DNA of 15,866 bases from Octopus sinensis. Taxonomy: Eukaryota. Under the pieces are notes generated by a model. The model did no database searches. It saw nothing but the letters and a program-made list of their open reading frames with translations, and was not told the origin of the DNA. The stretch's first letter is position 1; every line of letters begins with the position of its first letter. The stretch is taken from assembly GCF_006345805.1 (NCBI RefSeq), contig NW_021825312.1, positions 1 to 15,866 of the forward strand. The letters are read 5' to 3'. The translations under genes and the position numbers were made by a program. Positions 1 to 9,359 of this stretch are shown here, in pieces.

Positions 1-66
1 AGCTCCATTTCTTCAATTCACCAATAATGTTTATATATATATATATATATATATACATATATATAC

Positions 67-186
67 CATCATCGCCATCAGTCTCATCATCATCATCACT
101 GCAATGTCCAATTCCGGGATCTCTTGTTATGTTATGATTTTCCAGATTATTATCTTTCATTGCATTCCCATCTATTTTTTCCATTG
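67..186 (-). CDS. Tentative coding exon of the minus-strand host gene (phase 1/1; [39 protein letters not shown])
   Basis: AG acceptor at 188-187 and weak GTATAT donor at 66-61. 120 nt, open, entry phase matches the donor of exon 2391-2267. The low-complexity acidic tail and TA-repeat flanks lower confidence. Confidence 0.35.
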
Positions 187-187
187 C

Positions 188-250
188 TATATATATATAT
201 ATGACAACAGAGATACATCAATATCTATTTATATATATATACACATATAC

Positions 251-282
<32 letters not shown>

Positions 283-395
283 GTATGTGTGTATATATAT
301 ATATGTATGCATATATATATGTATGTATGTATGTTTATATATATATATGTATGTTGTATGTATATGTATATATATATATATATGTATGTTGTATG

Positions 396-434
<39 letters not shown>

Positions 435-586
435 TATGTATGTATATATATATATAATATATATATATTATGTATGTATATATATATATATATGTTGTAT
501 GTATGTTTATATATATATATGTATGTTGTATGTATATGTATATATATATATATATATTATATATATATATATATGTATGTTGTATG

Positions 587-623
<37 letters not shown>

Positions 624-628
624 ATATA

Positions 629-664
<36 letters not shown>

Positions 665-700
665 TGTATGCATATATATATATATATATATTATATATAA
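188..700. repeat. Compound (TA)n/(TATG)n microsatellite
   Basis: Directly visible, with a recurring higher-order motif ATGTTGTATGTATATGTATA at about 351, 386, 523 and 576. Confidence 0.97.
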
Positions 701-1052
701 ATTGATAAATAAATGTAGGGAGACATTTAGATATTTGTATATAGATATACAGAAATACACAGCTGTTCTTTATGTTATTGGTCTGCAATGGAAAGCTATT
801 AATATGTCTGTATATATTTGAATAAGAATTGTTCGTATATGCCGTGGATCTACCAGGGTAGGTTTTATGAAGTTTATACATGTACTCACATGGACATATA
901 GAAACATGCACAGACACACACACATTGCTGTACATATGTTTGTAGTGATACATGTATATTTAAATGCATAATTACATCTATACACATGTATGCATAGATA
1001 TGTATGTATATTCCTTGACGTATATGAAGTGCTTTTATATGTATGTATATAT

Positions 1053-1108
1053 ATGCTAGCCCGGAAAACGAACTTTAAACGGTGATGATGATGATGATGA
1101 TGATGATG

Positions 1109-1110
<2 letters not shown>
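1053..1110 (+). mobile_element. 5'-truncated 3' tail of family D (RTE-type) retroposon with (GAT)n tail
   Basis: ATGCTAGCCCGGAAAACGAACTTTAAACGGTGATGATG resembles the reverse complement of the D tail at 3998-4045. Confidence 0.6.
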
Positions 1111-1140
<30 letters not shown>

Positions 1141-1148
<8 letters not shown>

Positions 1149-1443
1149 CGATGGCCCAGTGGTTAGGGCAGTGGACTCGCGGTTGTAGGATCACGGTTTC
1201 GATTCCTAGACCGGGCGTTGTGAGTGTTTATTGAGCAAAAACACCTAAAAGCTCCACGAGGCTCCGGCAGGGGTGGTGGCGATCCCTGCTGTACTCTTTC
1301 GCCACAAGTTTCTCTCACTCTTTCTTCTGTTGGCCTGCTTACGTAGCCAGCGGTGGGGCGTCATGTGAAGGCTAAAACAATGCAAAGCGCATTGTGACCA
1401 GTGATGTGAAGCAACGTCTGATAGCCTGGTCAGTCATGATGAT
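1141..1443 (+). mobile_element. tRNA-derived SINE, family A, full length
   Basis: Pol III A box TGGCCCAGTGG (1152-1162) and B box GGTTTCGATTCC (1195-1206). Colinear with the inverted copy at 14306-14644. Confidence 0.9.
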
Positions 1444-1452
1444 ATATATATA

Positions 1453-1834
1453 TAGCTTGTTTACCAACCACATGGTTCCGGGTTCAGTTCCACTGCGTGG
1501 CACCTTGGGCAAGTGTCTTCTACTATAGCCTCGGGCTGACCAAGGCCTTGCGAGTGGATTTGGTAGACGGAAACTGAAAGAAGCCCATCGTATATATGTA
1601 TATATATATATATTTGCATGTGTTTGTGTATCTGTGTTTGTCCCCCTAGCATTGCTTGACAACCAATGCTGGTGTGTTTATGTCCCCGTTACTTAGCGGT
1701 TCGGCAAAAGAGACCGATAGGATAAGTACTGGGCTTACAAAAGAATAAGTCCCGGGGTCGAGTTGCTCGATTAAAGGCGGTGCTCCAGCATGGCCCCAGT
1801 CAAATGACTGAAACAAGTAAAAGAGTAAAAGAGT
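1453..1834 (+). mobile_element. SINE family B, 5'-truncated copy
   Basis: Matches seven other copies in the window. Internal TA/TG microsatellite and (AAAAGAGT)n-type tail. Confidence 0.92.
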
Positions 1835-1854
1835 ATATATATATATATATTATA

Positions 1855-1975
1855 TGTAGAAAAACTGGGACAAGAACGTAAAACATTTAGAAGACAATAC
1901 AAAAAACACGGACGGGACATTCGAAGCCTTCAATCTTCAGTCAAGAACCGGATCATCCTCGCAATTTCGGCTGAT
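1855..1975 (-). mobile_element. Possible Penelope-like terminal fragment
   Basis: CpG-retaining segment between TA runs. Its T-rich 3' part on the minus strand is similar in style to 9240-9330, and it has a degenerate CUGAAGA...GAAUGUC motif. Assignment is inference. Confidence 0.3.
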
Positions 1976-2266
1976 ATATACAGTGAGAGGGCGAGAGCAA
2001 GCTTGAGAGACAACCTTCTTATAACAATAATCTTTTCTATGTGTGACCTTTTAAAGTGATTGTACTAACCGTTCCCGTTTGAGTTTTTAGATGCTCTCCT
2101 CTCTATCGTTAAATTCACTTGGGACTTATGCACTCCAAATACACTGAACCATACATGAAAATAACACAGCTACACATGAGGCAGGACACATCGATATGAA
2201 CATACACACAGGCCATAACATGTAAGCATGAATAACCCAAATATTCAAGTAATGTTGAAGCCTTAC

Positions 2267-2391
2267 TAGTTTTGTCATCTTTATGTATGGATCCCATGCA
2301 AAGACTGCTGGATGTACTATTATAAACAAATTTCTTATGAAATTTGCTCAGGTGGGTGCACCTTCGTTGCCCATAGCTGCACCTCCCATAC
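2267..2391 (-). CDS. Candidate coding exon (phase 2/1; W-YGRCSYGQRRCTHLSKFHKKFVYNSTSSSLCMGSIHKDDKT). Could instead read on to TGA at 2115-2117 as a terminal exon
   Basis: Long U-rich tract then AAG acceptor (2393-2392), and GTAAGG donor at 2266-2261. The first G completes TG|G (Trp) from exon 4596-4526. The frame stays open to 2115. Confidence 0.55.
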
Positions 2392-2573
2392 CTTTGAAAT
2401 AAAACAACAGTGAAAAGCTAAAACTTTTTACTATCTCTGATACAATCTTATGTTTAGAACCATTAAAGGTTTTAATAGTTTTGTCTCTCTCTAATTCAAT
2501 CTCTTGTTCTGTCTGTTTGTCCATCAGTCTCACAGTGTTTGCCTGTGTGCATAAATTTGCACCCATACACATA

Positions 2574-2780
2574 TGTACATTGATGCTTATATATATATAT
2601 ATATATATATCTTTCTGTCTACATGTCTATATATATATGTGTCTATATATATATATATATGTATATATTTATATATACATATCTATGTATATGTATATAT
2701 ATGCACACACACATATTTATGTACATACATACACACATATATACATGTTTGTGTTTGTATATATATATATATATATTCAT
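2574..2780. repeat. (TA)n/(CA)n compound microsatellite
   Basis: Directly visible. Confidence 0.95.
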
Positions 2781-3114
2781 ATTTTGGAATGATTGATCTT
2801 GAAGCAGTGCTAGCTACAAAGAATAGGATGCAAGTATTTACACACTATTACTTATAGTTTTATCTGCTTCTAGGTTCACCATTCTAAAACATATATATAT
2901 ATTGTCAGCAATATATATATATATATATTTTTTGGGTCATCCCATAAATAATGCAGAGTTTTCAATTGCATGAACTAAAATTCAGAGGAGGACTGGATAA
3001 ACTACCTGTGTCTACTTGCTATAAAAGCAAGTAATAATTTTACCTTGTACTTATTCTTAGTGCAAGTTTTGAAGAGTGCAGTTCAAATTTAACAGTTATT
3101 TTTTCAAAGCTATA

Positions 3115-3770
3115 AGGGAAGTGACAAAGGAGCATATTTGGCATATTTTGCTTTAGAGTTCAATAAAGGCAACAATGCAACAGAAAGTGTGAGGAATATT
3201 AATGCAGTATATGGGGATCGGACAATAAGCGTAAGCCAGTGTCAGTGGTGGCTCCAGAAATTCTGAGCTGGAAACTATATCCTTGAAGACAAGCCTTGTC
3301 TTGGAAGATCTGTAGAGCTCAATAAGGATGTCCTGCAATTCCCTGGTGGAACAAAATCCCATTGTAACTGTTGAGGAACAAGCAGAAAAGCTTGGATTTG
3401 GTCATTCACCCATTCATTGACATCTGTGCTTGAAGAAAAACAGCTATCTTTTGTTTCAAGACGAAAGGTGTTCTTTGATCAGAATAATGCTTGGCCACAT
3501 ACAGTGAAGATGACATTCCAAAGGTTTGAATAGCAAACGAAGCCCCATCTACCATATTTGCCAGACATTGCCCCATCTGATTATCATTTATTCTGCAGTC
3601 TTCAAAATCATTTGGACGGAAAAAATCTGAATTCTGTAGACAAGGTCAGAACAGTATTGGAGGAATATGTTTCATCACAGACAAGTGAATTTTGGAGGAG
3701 GGGCCTTGCAAGTCTACCAGATAGATGGAAGAGCATTGTCAAAAATGAAGGAGAGTATATTTTAGATTAA
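3115..3770 (+). pseudogene. Mariner transposase pseudogene
   Basis: N-terminal HTH-like EFNKGNNATESVRNINAVYGDRTISVSQCQWW...ELNKDVLQ. C-terminal DQNNAWPH and PYLPDIAPSDYHLF correspond to mariner HDNARPH and YSPDLAPSD. Start decayed to AGG, with frameshifts, stops and a central deletion. Confidence 0.92.
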
Positions 3771-3836
3771 AAAAAAAAGCTTTGTTTATCTTAATTTTGA
3801 AAAATAAAAAGAAGTATAAAAAAACCACATTATTAA

Positions 3837-4495
3837 CCCATTTGTTACCAGCCTGGCCAAAACTGCCCCTGGATCTGTAATACAAATGTCTTGTTTTCAT
3901 GAGTTTTGAATTAAAATCTTCCACCAAACCTTAGTCACAATTTATGTTCTTAACACTAGCTGAATGATAATGAAGTTACTTTACTAAATTCTTTATTATC
4001 ATCATTAACATCGTTTAATGTCCATTTTCCATGCTAGCATGGGTTGGATGGTTCAACTGGGGTCTGGAAAGCCAGGAGGCTGCACCAGGCCCAGTCTGAT
4101 CTGGCAGTGTTTTTACAGCTGGATGCCCTTCCTAACGCCAACCACTCCGTGAGTGTAGTGGGTGCTTTTTACGTGCCACCGGCACAGGTGCCAGACGAGG
4201 CTGGTAAACGGCCACAATTGGATGGTGCTTTTTACGTGCCACCGGCACGGGGGCCAGTCGAGGCTGGAAACGGCCACAATCGGATGGTGCTTTTTACATG
4301 CCACCGGCACGGAGGCCAGTCGAGGCGGCGCTGGCAACGGCCACATACGGATGGTTTTCTTATGTGCCACCGGCACTGGTATCACAGCTACAATTCTCAC
4401 TGATGTTGATCGATTTCGATTTTGATTTTTGATTTATATTTAAAATAATTGAATGAAACGCAGAGCATCTCAAAATAAATACGGTAACGAAAGGG
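3837..4495. mobile_element. piggyBac-like MITE with TTAA target-site duplication, interrupted by family D element
   Basis: TTAA (3833-3836) CCCATTTGTTACC ... GGTAACGAAAGGG TTAA (4496-4499). Terminal inverted repeats match at 15/17 including TTAA. Confidence 0.85.
3998..4433 (-). mobile_element. Family D non-autonomous retroposon (RTE-type 3' end, (GAT)n tail) with internal ~62-bp tandem repeat
   Basis: The minus strand ends GCATGGAAAATGGACATTAAACGATG. Contains GGTTGGCGTTAGGAAGGGCATCCAGC and 3.4 tandem units at 4161-4378. RTE affinity is inference. Confidence 0.8.
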
Positions 4496-4525
4496 TTAAT
4501 AAGATAACCCAATGCAAAATGTCAC

Positions 4526-4596
4526 CAAAGAATGGCAGACTCCTGGTAGTGAACTAAAATTTTGGCTCTAGGATTTCTCACTTTGTATTCTTCATT
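4526..4596 (-). CDS. Candidate coding exon (phase 0/2; NEEYKVRNPRAKILVHYQESAIL-W)
   Basis: ATTATTTAG acceptor (AG 4598-4597) and TG|GTGACA donor. The frame opens exactly at the acceptor and is phase-compatible with the exons on both sides. Confidence 0.65.
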
Positions 4597-4623
4597 CTAA
4601 ATAATGTGAATATGTTCCCCCAA

Positions 4624-4666
4624 ACTCCACCACTACCACCACCACCACCACCACCACCACCACCAT

Positions 4667-4698
<32 letters not shown>

Positions 4699-4726
4699 CC
4701 ATCACCATCATCATCATCACCATCAC

Positions 4727-4811
<85 letters not shown>

Positions 4812-4838
4812 CCACCACCACCACCATCATCATCATCC

Positions 4839-4874
<36 letters not shown>

Positions 4875-4892
4875 CATCATCATCATCATCAT
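4624..4892. repeat. (CAC)n/(CAT)n trinucleotide microsatellite, probably the expanded tail of the adjacent D-like element
   Basis: Directly visible; abuts the D-like tail at about 4890. Confidence 0.95.
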
Positions 4893-5075
4893 TTGGCATC
4901 TGCTTTCCATGCTGGCATGTGTTGGATAGTTTGACTGGAACTGGCAAACCGGAGAGCCGCACTCGGTTCCTGTCCATTTTGGATTACTTCCTATTGCTTG
5001 ACACCCTTCATTATGCCAACCACTTTACAGAATCTGCTGGGTGCCATTTATGTATCCCAGTACAGGTACCTTCTC
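4885..5075 (-). mobile_element. Old, diverged family D-like retroposon fragment
   Basis: TTTCCATGCTGGCATGTGTTGGATAGTTTGACTGG ... GCCAACCACTTTACAGA resembles 4025-4165. Confidence 0.65.
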
Positions 5076-5205
5076 TGTGTCACTGATACAATTATCTTTT
5101 ATGTATCACCTGTACAGGTGCTTTTACACGTGTCTCTTTCCTTTTTTGCCTTTTTCCTCTTCCTAGTTTCCTCTTTACATCTTCCTTTCTTTTTTCTGTT
5201 TTCCT

Positions 5206-5390
5206 AGTGGTTGTGTGGTAAGTAGCTTGCTTACCAACCACATGGTGATGGGTTCAGTCCCACTGTGTGGCACCTTGGGCAAGTGTCTTCTATTATAGCC
5301 TCGGGCCGACCAAAGCCTTGTGAGTGGATTTGGTAAACGGAAACTGAAAGAAGCCCGTTGTATATATGTATATATATATATATATATATA

Positions 5391-5432
<42 letters not shown>

Positions 5433-5669
5433 TATATACATGTAATGTATGTATGTTTCTGTATGTATGTATATATATATATGTGTGTGTGTATATGTTT
5501 GTCCCCTCAACATCACTTGACAACCAATGCTGGTGTGTTTACATCCCCATAACTTAGCGGTTCAGCAAAAGAGACCGATAGAATTAGTAGTAGGCTTACA
5601 AAGAATAAGTCCTGAGGTCGATTTGCTCGACTAAAGGCGGTGCTCCAGCATGGCCACGATCACACGACT
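5206..5669 (+). mobile_element. SINE family B copy (degenerate 3' end)
   Basis: Colinear with the other B copies. Confidence 0.9.
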
Positions 5670-5763
5670 AACACCCTTTCGCTCTCCTCACTTGTCTTGT
5701 ACCTTTGTACACTTCTATCTCATTCAATTGCTTTTCTTTCTGCCTCTGTCCAAAATTAATTAC

Positions 5764-5883
5764 CAAATGCTCAGCCATCCACCTGTCTTTGGACATTGTT
5801 ATCTGTAACTTAATGTAACAAAGTGTTCTCGGATAATCTGTTGTGTTTGAGCAGTTAAATGAATAAGATTTCGTTGTTAAAAT
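5764..5883 (-). CDS. Candidate coding exon (phase 0/0; ILTTKSYSFNCSNTTDYPRTLCYIKLQITMSKDRWMAEHL)
   Basis: CTGAT branch-like motif, TTTATTGCCCATAG acceptor (AG 5885-5884) and TTG|GTAATT donor. 120 nt, open in only this frame. Confidence 0.7.
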
Positions 5884-5938
5884 CTATGGGCAATAAATCA
5901 GTTTTCCTTCTCCAAAACACAAAATGTTTTATCAATTA

Positions 5939-6336
5939 CTAGCAGTATTGCCCGGCGTTGCTCGGGTTTGTAAGGGAAATAACTATATAAGCATTTTTAG
6001 AGAATTATAGCCAAAAAATAGCAAAAAAATGCATTAAAAATGGAAAAAAAATTATGGTAAATTTTTTTTTAAATCGTTGACTCATCGTAGACATTTTTAG
6101 AGAGTTACTTCCCTTATATAATAGCGAAAAAATGCATTAAAATGGAAAAAAATGATGGTAAATTTTTTTTTAAATCGTAGACTCATCGTAGACGTGCGCT
6201 AATACCCGGAAGGGCTCGATATGAATCACGACTATAAGATACCCGGTTTTGGTTAAACTACACCACAAAATGTGGGAGTAGTTAGGAATCTAAATCGTAG
6301 GAGACAGACACACAACTTCTCTTTTATATATAAAGA
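5939..6336 (-). mobile_element. Non-autonomous Helitron, copy 1
   Basis: The minus strand starts TC and ends CTAG, inserted between A and T with no TSD. Subterminal CCCGAGCAACGCCGGG hairpin and an internal ~100-bp direct repeat (5992-6192). Confidence 0.85.
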
Positions 6337-6473
6337 TTTTTTGTACCGTTCCTAATAATATTTAATTATAAATATACAATAGGATTTTTAAATATCAAAT
6401 GGCTATGAAAGCCCACCTGTGTAAAATAGGAATTGAAAGGGTCCATAGACAAAAAAATGGTTGAGATCCACAG
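6337..6473. mobile_element. Right part of hAT-like MITE (family E); a left remnant probably lies at about 5912-5938 across the Helitron
   Basis: GGGTCCATAGACAAAAAAATGGTTGAGATCCACAG terminus; paralogous to 7397-7512. Confidence 0.6.
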
Positions 6474-6494
6474 CTCTATATGGTAGCTAAACAT

Positions 6495-6540
6495 GTTAGA
6501 AATAGCAGTCAAATCTCCCTCAAATCACACCCTACTGTCT
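6495..6540 (+). repeat. Old dispersed repeat fragment
   Basis: 32/46 ungapped identity (hand count) with 15308-15353. Confidence 0.35.
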
Positions 6541-6557
6541 CATATATATGTAATCCA

Positions 6558-6784
6558 GGCGAGCTGGCAGAAACGTTAGCATGCCGGGCAAAATGAGTAG
6601 CCGTATTTCGTCTGCTGTTACGTTCTGAGTTCAAATTCCGCCAAGGTCGACTTTGCCTTTCATCCTTTCAGGGTCGATAAATTAAGTACCAGTTACGCAC
6701 TGGGGTCGATGAAATCGACTTAATCCGTTTGTCTGTCCTTGTTTGTCCTCTCTGTGTTTAGCCCCTTGTGGGCAATAAAGAAAT
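6558..6784 (+). mobile_element. tRNA-derived SINE, family C, full length with 16-bp TSD
   Basis: TSD ATATATATGTAATCCA at 6542-6557 and 6785-6800; B box GTTCAAATTCC. The central GCCTTTCATCCTTTCAGGGTCGATAAATTAAGTACC resembles the Nin/Deu SINE domain (from memory). Confidence 0.92.
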
Positions 6785-6806
6785 ATATATATGTAATCCA
6801 ATGAGT

Positions 6807-7512
6807 GAAAGGTTTTCAACCAGAATCCATATGGCCCTTGGGGGTCCATATACAATTTTGTTTTTATAGTTTATTATTATTAAATTGGTTATAATTCTAC
6901 AATACACAAAATATTAAAATTTTTTTTCATAAAATACCTAATAATATTTATTTTGTTTTTGGATTTGGTTTGCAAGATTCTTTATATGAGTTCGTGTGTT
7001 GAAGCATATTCTGCTGTCTCTGGGGAGAGTCATTTTCTTTTTGTGCCTTATTATGTAACACACTCACCAGTAAAATTTTCACTTTTTTCTTATTTTTATT
7101 GTCCTAAAATTTTCGTTGCATCTTGCAACCTTTTCAATAGTTTTGACTATTGAAAAAAAATAAGAAAAAAGTTTTGACTATTGAAAAAAAATAAGAAAAA
7201 ATTTTGACTATTGAAAAAAAAATAAGAAAAAAGTTTTGACTATTGAAAAAAATAAGAAAAAATTTTGACTATTAAAAAAAATAAGAAAAAAGTTTTGACT
7301 ATTGAAAAAAAATAAGAAAAAAGTGGAAATTTTACCAGTGATTGTGTTTCATAATAAGGCACAAAAAGAAAATTACCCTCCCCAGAAACAACAGAATAAT
7401 AATATTTAATTATAAAAATATAAGATTTTTTAAACACTGGATACCTATGAGGATCCACCTGAACAAAACAGAAATCAAAGTGGTCCATAGCTAAAAAGGT
7501 CGAGAACCATTA
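6807..7512. mobile_element. hAT-like MITE (family E) interrupted by a fold-back insertion
   Basis: Degenerate TIRs GAAAGGTTTTCAACC (6807-6821) and GGTCGAGAACCATTA (7498-7512). Paralogues at 6337-6473 and 10985-11088. Confidence 0.7.
6951..7396. mobile_element. Fold-back insertion: 91-bp inverted arms around a ~31-bp tandem array, 12-bp TSD
   Basis: Arms 7007-7097 and 7308-7398 (82/91 identical). Six units at 7140-7322. TSD TAATAATATTTA at 6939-6950 and 7397-7408. Confidence 0.85.
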
Positions 7513-7554
7513 TCTAAATGCACTGGGATCATCTGTTATAAGACTCCAAACAAC

Positions 7555-8136
7555 CAAAATGTTCCAGGCTTTGGATAAAATAAAATACAGGAGAATCAGT
7601 TAATTATGATTTTATTCAACACTAGCAGTATCGCCCGGCGTTGCTCGGGTTTGTAAGGGAAATAACTATATAAGCATTTTTAGAGATGTAAAGTATAATA
7701 GCCATCTCAATATGGTTAACCACAAAGGGGGGTGTTACTGTGAGCTTTTACGTTCTGAGATTTAATAATAAATTTTTAGAGAGTTACTTCCCTTATATGC
7801 CAAATATGCATTAAAAATGGGAAAAATTGATGGTAAATTTTTTTTTAAATCGTAGACTCACCGTAGACGCGTGCTAATACCCAGAAGGGCTCGATATAAA
7901 TCATGACTTTGGTTAAACTGCACCGCAGAATGTGGGAGTAGTTAGGAATCTAAATCGTAGGAGACAGACAGCACACAACCTCACTTTTATATATAAAGAT
8001 ATTCTCCTCTCAGATTCACACACTTATTGCAGCAGTCCAGTTTTTGTAAGCCCTATAAAAGAACTCAGGAGGTTAGGCCTCCAACCAGGCATTTTGTGAA
8101 ACCCCTTAAAGCCCACAATTTTACAGCAAACCCTCA
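7555..8136. mobile_element. Tc1/mariner-like MITE (family F) copy 1, interrupted by Helitron copy 2
   Basis: Paralogous to 8159-8798; degenerate termini. Confidence 0.75.
7622..7999 (-). mobile_element. Non-autonomous Helitron, copy 2
   Basis: Same TC...CTAG termini, A^T target and hairpin as 5939-6336. Confidence 0.85.
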
Positions 8137-8158
8137 CACACACACACACACACACACA

Positions 8159-8798
8159 CAGGGGTGTTGAAAAGTTCCTGGTTTCGGGCAAAAGAAAATA
8201 CAGGAGAATCAGTTAATTATGATTTTATTCAACATAGGCGCAGGAGTGGCTGTGTGGTAAGTAGCTTGTCTACCAACCACATGGTTCCGGGTTCAGTCCC
8301 ACTGTGTGGCACCTTGGGAAAGTGTCTTCTACTATAGCCTCGGGCCGACCAAAGCCTTGTGAGTGGATTTGGTAGACGGAAACTGAAAGAAGCCCGTCGT
8401 ATATATGTATATATATGTATATGTGTGTGTGTATGCTTGTGTGTCTTTGTTTGTCCCCTAGCATTGTTTGACAACTGATGCTGGTGTGTTTATGTCCCCA
8501 TTACTTAGCAGTTCAGCAAAAGAGACCAATAGAATAAGTACTGGGCTTACAAAAGAATAAGTCCCGGGATCGAGTTGCTCGATTAAAGTCAGTGCTCCAG
8601 CATGACCACAGTCAAATGACTGAAACAAGTAAAAAGAGTAAAAAGAGTAAAAAAGAGTAAAGAGAGTATATTCCCCTCTCAGATTCATGCAGTGGTCCTT
8701 CAGTTTTTCTAAGCCCGGTAAGAGAACTCGGAAGTTTGGTCCCACAATCAGGCCTTTCGCGTTATCCTTAAAACCAGGGAATTTTCAGTACCCCCTCA
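8159..8798. mobile_element. Tc1/mariner-like MITE (family F) copy 2, interrupted by a SINE B
   Basis: TIRs GGGGTGTTGAAAAGTTCCTGGTTT and AAACCAGGGAATTTTCAGTACCCCC, followed by TA (8799-8800). Confidence 0.8.
8237..8667 (+). mobile_element. SINE family B, full length
   Basis: GGCGCAGGAGTGGCTGTGTGG head, GGTTCAGTCCC B-box-like motif and (AAAAGAGT)n tail. Confidence 0.93.
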
Positions 8799-8930
8799 TA
8801 TAATGTAAACTTGTGTTTATCTTTATTTTTCCTGCATTTGACAATTGATTAAATAACAAGAAGATAGATTTGTTATTGATCTTTATTTTGACAAATGATT
8901 ATTTCGACTCATCCAGCTACTGTCCCTTAC

Positions 8931-9017
8931 AGGTGGGACTCTGTTCAACATGTTACGTTGCATCCATTCTGCAGTCCAGGTCACATCAGGTACATCCATA
9001 CATTGTGGTGTGTCTTG
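8931..9017 (-). CDS. Candidate coding exon (phase 0/0; QDTPQCMDVPDVTWTAEWMQRNMLNRVPP)
   Basis: TTTTTAG acceptor (AG 9019-9018) and CCT|GTAAGG donor. 87 nt; the other two minus frames contain stops. The peptide has non-repetitive, protein-like composition. Confidence 0.72.
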
Positions 9018-9066
9018 CTAAAAATCCTGAGTTTAGGCATATGCCTATATAGTTAGGGAATGGTGT

Positions 9067-9114
<48 letters not shown>

Positions 9115-9129
9115 TATATGTATATATAA

Positions 9130-9330
9130 TGTGACCGTGTGTGTACCGTTGGCAAGTTTTTTCCTCTGTCTTCCCTTCTCTGGATCTTTCGTTCTCCTAT
9201 GTTTCCGACGAAGAGCTCCGCTCGAAACGTTAAACCCTCCTTCTTTCCTGAGTATCCAATAATACTATATTTGTTCAACATCCTCGCGTTGTTGTGTTTT
9301 TTTGTGCTTTCTTGTTTGGATTAACTTTAT
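9130..9330 (+). mobile_element. Penelope-like pseudo-LTR fragment carrying hammerhead motif 1
   Basis: Inserted among TA/CA repeats and carries a minimal hammerhead motif. Association of such motifs with PLE pLTRs is established; assignment here is inference. Confidence 0.65.
9201..9235 (+). ncRNA. Minimal type I hammerhead ribozyme motif 1 (variant core)
   Basis: GUUU-CCGACGA-A-GAGC(UCC)GCUC-GAAA-CGU-U-AAAC: 4-bp stem I, 4-bp stem II and palindromic ACGU stem III. U4C core change, GUU site. Confidence 0.65.
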
Positions 9331-9359
9331 ATATACACATACTCTCTTATACACACACA

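Larger units (their letters stand above)
2932..4512 (+). mobile_element. Decayed, internally deleted mariner (Tc1/mariner) DNA transposon; right TIR split by a nested MITE
   Basis: Left TIR TTGGGTCATCCCATAAATAATG from 2932. Right TIR is reconstituted from CATTATTAA (3828-3836) plus TAAGATAACCCAA (4500-4512). Transposase remnants lie between. Confidence 0.88.

Noticed and set aside
104-985. Long ORFs rich in Y/I/M/C/V, also at 2481-2857, 5175-5557, 11966-12367 and 13662-13856
   Set aside because: Translations of (TA)n/(TG)n microsatellites, which lack stop codons in several frames.
770-985. Possible terminal exon ([25 protein letters not shown]) on the minus strand
   Set aside because: Phase would fit but the acceptor lacks a pyrimidine tract and the sequence borders microsatellite; too weak to call.
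1141-1215. tRNA-like sequence
   Set aside because: A and B boxes are present but it is the head of SINE A, continuing into a SINE body and lacking a convincing cloverleaf.
1372-1662. Recurrent ORFs such as [12 protein letters not shown]...HSGTEP (also 5175-5516, 8229-8474, 14926-15123)
   Set aside because: Chance frames through SINE B copies; the similarity reflects the repeat, not a protein family.
1912-1945. Minus-strand CUGAAGA...CGAAUGUC hammerhead-like string
   Set aside because: GAAA is incomplete, stem II does not close and no stem I pairing is found; at most a decayed relic.
2348-2572. 74-aa minus ORF ending GMGGAAMGNEGAPT
   Set aside because: Overlaps candidate exon 2391-2267 in another frame; its phase does not fit the upstream exon and its 5' part is low-complexity.
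4161-4378. Repeat array as possible CRISPR (also 7140-7322 and 14555-14624)
   Set aside because: Head-to-tail units without unique spacers, in a eukaryotic repeat context with no cas genes.
4756-4977. Poly-Met/poly-Asp ORF
   Set aside because: Translation of the (CAT)n tract plus a retroposon tail.
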